This document shows positions 57,363 through 64,000 of a stretch of DNA of 64,000 nucleotides, one piece after another; positions within the stretch are counted from its first letter, which is position 1, and each line of letters begins with the position of its first letter. The DNA is from an uncultured Actinomycetes bacterium (GTDB lineage Bacteria > Actinomycetota > Thermoleophilia > Gaiellales > JAICJC01). The notes below the pieces were generated by a model. It had not been told where the DNA came from and did no database searches. It saw only the letters and a list, made by a program, of their open reading frames with translations. The stretch is taken from the NCBI GenBank assembly GCA_963805545.1, contig CAWDUU010000012.1:6968-70967 (forward strand). Direction: 5' to 3'. The translations under genes were made by a program, and so were the position numbers.

Positions 57363-58160
57363 GTGGAGTACTCGTTCGAGCAGTGGGTGAACCGGCTGGT
57401 GCATGCTCACCCCCTGGTGGGAAGCGTCGTCGTCGAATTCTCGAACTGGGGCGTCGCCCTGTTCGGCGTCCTGGCCGTCGGGCTGTGGCTGCTCTCGCCG
57501 CCCGGGGACACGCGCTGGAAGCGGGCCTGCGCCGCGGGGCTCTCGGCAGCCGCGCTCGGCCTCCTGGTCAATCAGGCCATCTCGCACGTCTGGGATCGGG
57601 CCCGGCCGTATGACGCCCATCACGGCATCGTGCCGCTCCTCCAGCGCTCGGCCGACGCGTCGTTTCCGAGCGACCATGCGACGGCCGCGCTTGCGATCGC
57701 GTTCGGCGTCTTCTTCGTCTCGCGGCGCGCGGGCTGGTTCTTCCTCGGGTTCGCCGCGCTCGTCTCGGCGTCGCGCGTGCTCGCCGGCATGCACCACCCG
57801 ACCGACGTCCTGGCGAGTTTCGTCATCGCGCTCGCCGCGGGGTTCATCACCGCTCGGCTGGCGATGGGATCGATCCTCGTGCCGCTCGTCCGGCTCACGA
57901 GCCGGCTCACCGACCCGATCCTCGCGCGCGTCGCCGACCTGACGCCGGTGCGGCGCACCATCCTCGACGCCCGCGTCCGCTCGATCGTCGTTCTCGTGGC
58001 CTGCGTCGCTGTCCTCATCCGCATCGTGACCGCCGAGCGCGCGCACATCCTCGACGAGATGGAGCTCTCGGTCATCGCGGCATGGATCTGCGTCGGCGGC
58101 CTCGCGGTCTGGCTCAGCGCCATGCGGTTCTGGCCGCAGGCGCGGGTGCGGCCCGACTAA
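57363..58160 (+). CDS. PAP2 phosphatase (undecaprenyl-PP phosphatase-like)
   Basis: RARPY, SFPSDHA, SRVLAGMHHPTDV. Confidence 0.9.
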   Translation: MEYSFEQWVNRLVHAHPLVGSVVVEFSNWGVALFGVLAVGLWLLSPPGDTRWKRACAAGLSAAALGLLVNQAISHVWDRARPYDAHHGIVPLLQRSADASFPSDHATAALAIAFGVFFVSRRAGWFFLGFAALVSASRVLAGMHHPTDVLASFVIALAAGFITARLAMGSILVPLVRLTSRLTDPILARVADLTPVRRTILDARVRSIVVLVACVAVLIRIVTAERAHILDEMELSVIAAWICVGGLAVWLSAMRFWPQARVRPD

Positions 58161-58194
58161 CGCCGCCCGGCGGGCGGCGTGCCAACATAGTGCG

Positions 58195-58521
58195 GTGCAC
58201 GTCCGCTTCACACGCGTCAGCACCACCGACCAGCCGATCGACCGGGCGACGATCGTCGCCGAGGAGATGCTCTCCTGGCTGCGCGACATGGACGGCTTCC
58301 GCGGCCTCGTGACCCTGTCGAAGGAGGGGACGACGCTCGGCCTCACGTTCTGGGACAGCAAGGAGCAGTCCGACCGGCACCTGTCCACGCGGATGGAGTT
58401 CCTCGGCAGGATGACCTCGATGGCCGACGTGGCCGTCGAGGAGAGCGCGGACTACGAGCTGACCTTCGCCTTTCTCGGGCCGGGCGCGGCCGACGAGCTG
58501 GGCGGCGCGGCGCAGGGCTGA
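58195..58521 (+). CDS. Small alpha/beta-barrel (ABM-like) protein
   Basis: LRDMDGFRG...GLTFWDSKE. Confidence 0.7.
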   Translation: MHVRFTRVSTTDQPIDRATIVAEEMLSWLRDMDGFRGLVTLSKEGTTLGLTFWDSKEQSDRHLSTRMEFLGRMTSMADVAVEESADYELTFAFLGPGAADELGGAAQG

Positions 58522-58529
58522 CGCGGGGC

Positions 58530-58979
58530 TCAGCCCGCGAGCCGCGCGTCGACGTCGTCGAAGAACGAGCCCCAGCCCTGGCCGGCCCGCTCGTACTCGT
58601 CCGGGGTGAGGTGCCCGCCGGACTGCCGGAAGTCCATCCGCGTGCGGCCGTCGCCGAGGTCGGTCAGCTCGACGGTGACGAGCTCGTATTCGTCGCCGCC
58701 GGGCCGGTCGGTCACCGTGAAGACCAGCCGCTCGGGCGCGACCACCTCGCGGTACTCGCCGGCCCAGTGGATCTCGGGATGCTCGGCGCCGGCGGCCATC
58801 GTGAGCCGCCAGGCACCCCCCGGGCGCACGTCCATCGACACGCTCTCGGGCGGCACATGGGTGGTGCGGGTGCCGAACCAGTCGGCGAACCGGTCGGGCT
58901 CGGTCCACTCCCTCCACACCGCGTCGCGCGGCGCGTCGAACACGCGCGTGATCTTGAGGCCCGGTTCGGGCTCAGCCAT
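58530..58979 (-). CDS. SRPBCC/AHSA1 domain protein
   Basis: ITRVFDAPR..VW..WTEP, DVRPGGAWR, GEYREVVAPERLVFT. Confidence 0.92.
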   Translation of the reverse strand: MAEPEPGLKITRVFDAPRDAVWREWTEPDRFADWFGTRTTHVPPESVSMDVRPGGAWRLTMAAGAEHPEIHWAGEYREVVAPERLVFTVTDRPGGDEYELVTVELTDLGDGRTRMDFRQSGGHLTPDEYERAGQGWGSFFDDVDARLAG

Positions 58980-59322
58980 CGTCGCGTCCCTCCTTTGCGG
59001 CCCTGAGGCGCGCGTCGAGCCGGTCGAAGCGCTCGTCCCAGAACGGACGGTACCGCTCGAGCCACTCCGTCGCGTCTCTGAGCCGGGCGCCCTGGAGCCG
59101 CGACGGTCTCAGCTGCGCCGACCGGCTGCGGGTGATGAGCCCGGCCCGCTCGAGCACCTTGAGGTGCTGCGAGACGGCCTGCGTCGAGATCGGAAACGGC
59201 GCGGCGAGGTCGTTCACCGTCGCCTCTCCCTGGGTCAGGCGGGCCAGGATCGCGCGGCGCGTGGGATCGGCGAGGGCGGCGAACGTGGCGGTGAGCGGAT
59301 CGTGGGCGGTGGCGGTATTCAT
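58972..59322 (-). CDS. ArsR/SmtB-family regulator
   Basis: FAALADPTRRAIL...AVSQHLKVLERAGLI. Confidence 0.93.
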   Translation of the reverse strand: MNTATAHDPLTATFAALADPTRRAILARLTQGEATVNDLAAPFPISTQAVSQHLKVLERAGLITRSRSAQLRPSRLQGARLRDATEWLERYRPFWDERFDRLDARLRAAKEGRDDG

Positions 59323-59335
59323 CGACCTACTTTAT

Positions 59336-59349
59336 CAATCGATCGTTTG
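59336..59349. promoter_or_regulatory. Imperfect palindrome, possible ArsR operator
   Basis: CAAtCGATCGtTTG in the AT-rich divergent gap. Confidence 0.5.
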
Positions 59350-59398
59350 TATAGAGTACCGCCGTATCCGGACGGCAGCGAGGGAAGGGGATCGACCG

Positions 59399-59959
59399 AT
59401 GGGACGGATCGTGGTCAGCGAGTTCGTGTCACTCGACGGGGTCATGGAGGATCCGGGCGGATCCGAGGACTTCGAGCACGGCGGATGGACGTTCGAAATC
59501 GACCAGGGCGCCGAGGGCGGGCAGTTCAAGTACGAGGAGACGTTCGGCTCCGAGGCGCTTCTCCTCGGCCGGGTGACGTACGAGGGCTTCGCCGAGGCCT
59601 GGCCGGAGCGCGACGGCGACTTCGCCGACAGGTTCAACAGCATGCCCAAGTACGTGGTCTCGGCGACGCTCAAGGATCCGGAGTGGACGAACTCGCACGT
59701 CCTGAGCGGCGACCTCGTCCAGGAGATCGCCAGGCTGAAGGACGAGATCGGCGGCGACATCGTGGTGCACGGGAGCGCCCGGCTCGCGCAGGGCCTGCTC
59801 GAGAACGACCTCGTCGACGAGCTGCGGCTGATGGTGTTCCCGGTCGTGCTCGGGAGCGGCAGGCGCCTCTTCGCCGCGGGCTCGAAGAAACGGCTGAACC
59901 TGGCCGAGTCGCGCACGGTCGGCGACGGCGTCCTCATCCTCATCTACCGGCGCCCGTAG
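59399..59959 (+). CDS. Dihydrofolate reductase/RibD C-terminal family protein
   Basis: FVSLDGV, LLGRVTYE, GSARLAQ, LVDELRL.VFPVVLGSG.RLF. Confidence 0.92.
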   Translation: MGRIVVSEFVSLDGVMEDPGGSEDFEHGGWTFEIDQGAEGGQFKYEETFGSEALLLGRVTYEGFAEAWPERDGDFADRFNSMPKYVVSATLKDPEWTNSHVLSGDLVQEIARLKDEIGGDIVVHGSARLAQGLLENDLVDELRLMVFPVVLGSGRRLFAAGSKKRLNLAESRTVGDGVLILIYRRP

Positions 59960-59988
59960 GTCGCGGCCCCCGCCGTACACTTCGCCCG

Positions 59989-60642
59989 ATGGAGCGGGTG
60001 AACGGCGTCGATGTTCCGCAGTCGCTTGAGGACGCCTGCGACCCGCTCCGGCTCGCGGTCCTCGTCTACGACATGCAGGTCGGCATCCTGCACCAGATCG
60101 CCGGCGGCGAGGCGGTCGTCGCCCGGGTGCGGGGGGTGCTCACGGCGGCGCGGGCCGCCGGAGTGCGGATCGTCTTCGTGCGCCATGTCACCCTGCCGGC
60201 GCGGCTGATGGGCGTGGCGCAGCTTCGGATGTGGCGGGCCTGGCAGCGGCGCGACTCGGCGGCCGACGTCGTCTCGGCCTTCCCGCCCGGCGCCGAGCAC
60301 TCGCAGATCGTCCCGGAGCTGGCGCCGGGCGCCGACGACGCCGTGTTCGACAAGCTGACGATGTCGGCATTCGAGGGCACGCCGCTCGACATCGTCCTGC
60401 GCGACTGCGGCGTCACGGCGGTTGCGATCGTGGGCGTCGCGCTCGAGATCGGGATCGAGCCGACCGCCCGCCACGCCGCCGACCTGGGCTACGTGCCGAT
60501 CGTCATCCGCGACGCCTGCGGCGCGGGGGATGCCGAGGCCGGCGCCCGCTCGGTCGCGGCGCTGGAGTTCGCCGGAGACACGATGCTCACCGACACCGCC
60601 GGCTTCGCCGCGGCGCTCGCCGCCCACGGAGGTGCCGCATAG
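59989..60642 (+). CDS. Isochorismatase/cysteine hydrolase family (Gly at nucleophile position)
   Basis: VYDMQ, FDKLTMSAF.GT.LD..LR, GVALEIGIEPTAR; TACACT 7 nt upstream. Confidence 0.9.
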   Translation: MERVNGVDVPQSLEDACDPLRLAVLVYDMQVGILHQIAGGEAVVARVRGVLTAARAAGVRIVFVRHVTLPARLMGVAQLRMWRAWQRRDSAADVVSAFPPGAEHSQIVPELAPGADDAVFDKLTMSAFEGTPLDIVLRDCGVTAVAIVGVALEIGIEPTARHAADLGYVPIVIRDACGAGDAEAGARSVAALEFAGDTMLTDTAGFAAALAAHGGAA

Positions 60643-62150
60643 CGCTCCCCGCCCGGGGCGGCGTTCAACCCCGGACATCGCTGCGCGCGACGCTCGGCCT
60701 CGGCGTCGCCGCTGCGGCGATCCCGGTGGCGGTCGGCCTCCCGTTCCTGGGCCGGTACGGATGGCACCGTGACGAGCTCTACTTCCTGGCCGCGTCGCAG
60801 CACCCGGCGCTCGGATACGTGGACTTCCCGCCGCTCGTGGCGTTCCTGGCGCGCGCCGTCACGGGAGTCTTCGGCACGTCGCTCGACGCGCTGCGGCTGT
60901 CCACTGCCGCGATCGGTTCGGCGAGCGTCGTCTTCGTGGCGCTGTGCGCGCGCGAGGTGGGGGGCGGCCTTCGGGCTCAGGCGGGCGCGGCCCTGGCGTG
61001 GGCGACGGCTCCGCTCATCCTGGGCACGGCGAGCGTCTTTCACCCGACGTGGCTCGACCTCACGGCCCAGACGGCGACGCTCTACCTGGTCCTCGTGGCG
61101 GCGACGCGGCCGGCGCCGCGCGCGTGGCTCGCGGCCGGCGTCGTCGCCGGGCTGGGGCTCGAGGCGAAGTACACGATCGCGATGCTCCTGGCGGGGCTCG
61201 TCGCCGGGTTCGCCGCGACCCGGCGGCGGGAGATCTTCCGCCGCCGCGGGCCATGGCTCGCCGCCGGGATCGCCATCCTGCTGCTCCTTCCGAACCTCGG
61301 CTGGGAGGTGGCGCACGGCTGGCCGAGCGCCCAGTTCGCGGGCAGCCAGCATGCGAAGACGGCCGGCGACACGCCGCCGCTCACGTATCTGGTTCAGGCC
61401 TTCGCGTTCCTGGCCGCCTGCTCGGTCATGGCGGTCATCGGGACGGCCTGGATGTGGCGCCGCACCTCCCTGCGCCCCTTCGCGGTGGCGGCTGGGTTCG
61501 TGTTCGCGGCGTGGGCGGTCGAGCAGGGCCGCTCCTACTACCCGTTGCCGGCGATGGCGCTCGCGGTCGCTGCCGGAGCGGTGGCGCTGGAGCGGTGGCG
61601 GCCGGCCCGGCGACGCCGAAGGCACGCGGCGCTGGGAGCGCTGGTCGTGCTCCAGCTGGCGCTCCTGGCGGCGGCCTCCCCGCTCGTCGTCCCGGTCCGG
61701 ACGACCGCGGGGATGATCCGGTCGGGCATCTGGAAGGACGCGATCTACAAGGACGAGATCGGCTGGCCGGAGCTGGCGGCCCAGACGGCGCGTGCGTGGG
61801 GCTCGCTCACCCCCGCCGAGCGCCGGGACGCCGCGATCCTCACCGGTAACTACGGCGAGGCGGGCGCGCTGGCCCACTTCGGCCCGGCGCTCGGGCTTCC
61901 ACCGCCGCTCTCGGGGCACCTGTCGTGGCAGTACTGGCGCCCCGCGAGGCTCCCCGAGCGGCTCCTCGTCACGGTCGGATATGACGCCTCGACCCTGCGC
62001 GGCATGTGCACGACGTACCGGCGCGTCGCCACGATCGACAACCGCTGGGACCTGGCGAACGAGGAGCTCGGCCGCACGATCGACGTCTGCCGGCTGGCGC
62101 GGCCGCTCGGCGCGATCTGGAAGAGCCGGATCGCGACGGACGACCTGTAG
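60639..62150 (+). CDS. GT-C glycosyltransferase (family 39/ArnT-like); start ATA 60639 or GTG 60726
   Basis: YGWHRDELYF...GYVDFPPL, GLEAKYT, LPNL.W, NYGEAGAL. Confidence 0.85.
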   Translation: MALPARGGVQPRTSLRATLGLGVAAAAIPVAVGLPFLGRYGWHRDELYFLAASQHPALGYVDFPPLVAFLARAVTGVFGTSLDALRLSTAAIGSASVVFVALCAREVGGGLRAQAGAALAWATAPLILGTASVFHPTWLDLTAQTATLYLVLVAATRPAPRAWLAAGVVAGLGLEAKYTIAMLLAGLVAGFAATRRREIFRRRGPWLAAGIAILLLLPNLGWEVAHGWPSAQFAGSQHAKTAGDTPPLTYLVQAFAFLAACSVMAVIGTAWMWRRTSLRPFAVAAGFVFAAWAVEQGRSYYPLPAMALAVAAGAVALERWRPARRRRRHAALGALVVLQLALLAAASPLVVPVRTTAGMIRSGIWKDAIYKDEIGWPELAAQTARAWGSLTPAERRDAAILTGNYGEAGALAHFGPALGLPPPLSGHLSWQYWRPARLPERLLVTVGYDASTLRGMCTTYRRVATIDNRWDLANEELGRTIDVCRLARPLGAIWKSRIATDDL

Positions 62151-62168
62151 TCGGGATTCGGCCTGGCC

Positions 62169-64000
<1,832 letters not shown>

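Overview
High-GC (visually about 70% or more) actinomycetotal DNA; gene content and promoter style suggest Thermoleophilia/Gaiellales (inference). The window is densely coding, and I found no integrase, transposase, prophage or CRISPR array. In order: a LuxR-methyltransferase-FAD oxidase-methyltransferase operon; secreted phosphoesterase and beta-propeller proteins; a NarL two-component system; tRNA-Ser(CGA); a TetR-controlled amine uptake/catabolism cluster (PotABCD-like with a frameshifted binding protein, Rieske oxygenase, flavin amine oxidase, acyl-CoA enzymes); an ABC/MFS/Erm-like block; a SigB/SigF-type partner-switching cluster with two sigma factors, each preceded by a degenerate anti-sigma-like gene; tRNA-Ser(GCT); a GT-C transferase with Ig/FN3 surface proteins; an OmpR two-component system; a small SARP regulator followed by RND-adaptor-RND genes; general-stress genes; and the 3' part of katG. 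Best candidates for undescribed biology: (1) the SARP plus heteromeric RND module, preceded by three GGTGACG heptamers exactly 11 bp apart; (2) the twin pseudo-anti-sigma/sigma modules and a leaderless SigB-type regulon of about 10 promoters, which predicts two small proteins not called as separate ORFs; (3) a leaderless Arg-rich uORF overlapping the erm-like start; (4) an apparent ATA start codon. All calls are by eye, without database searches.
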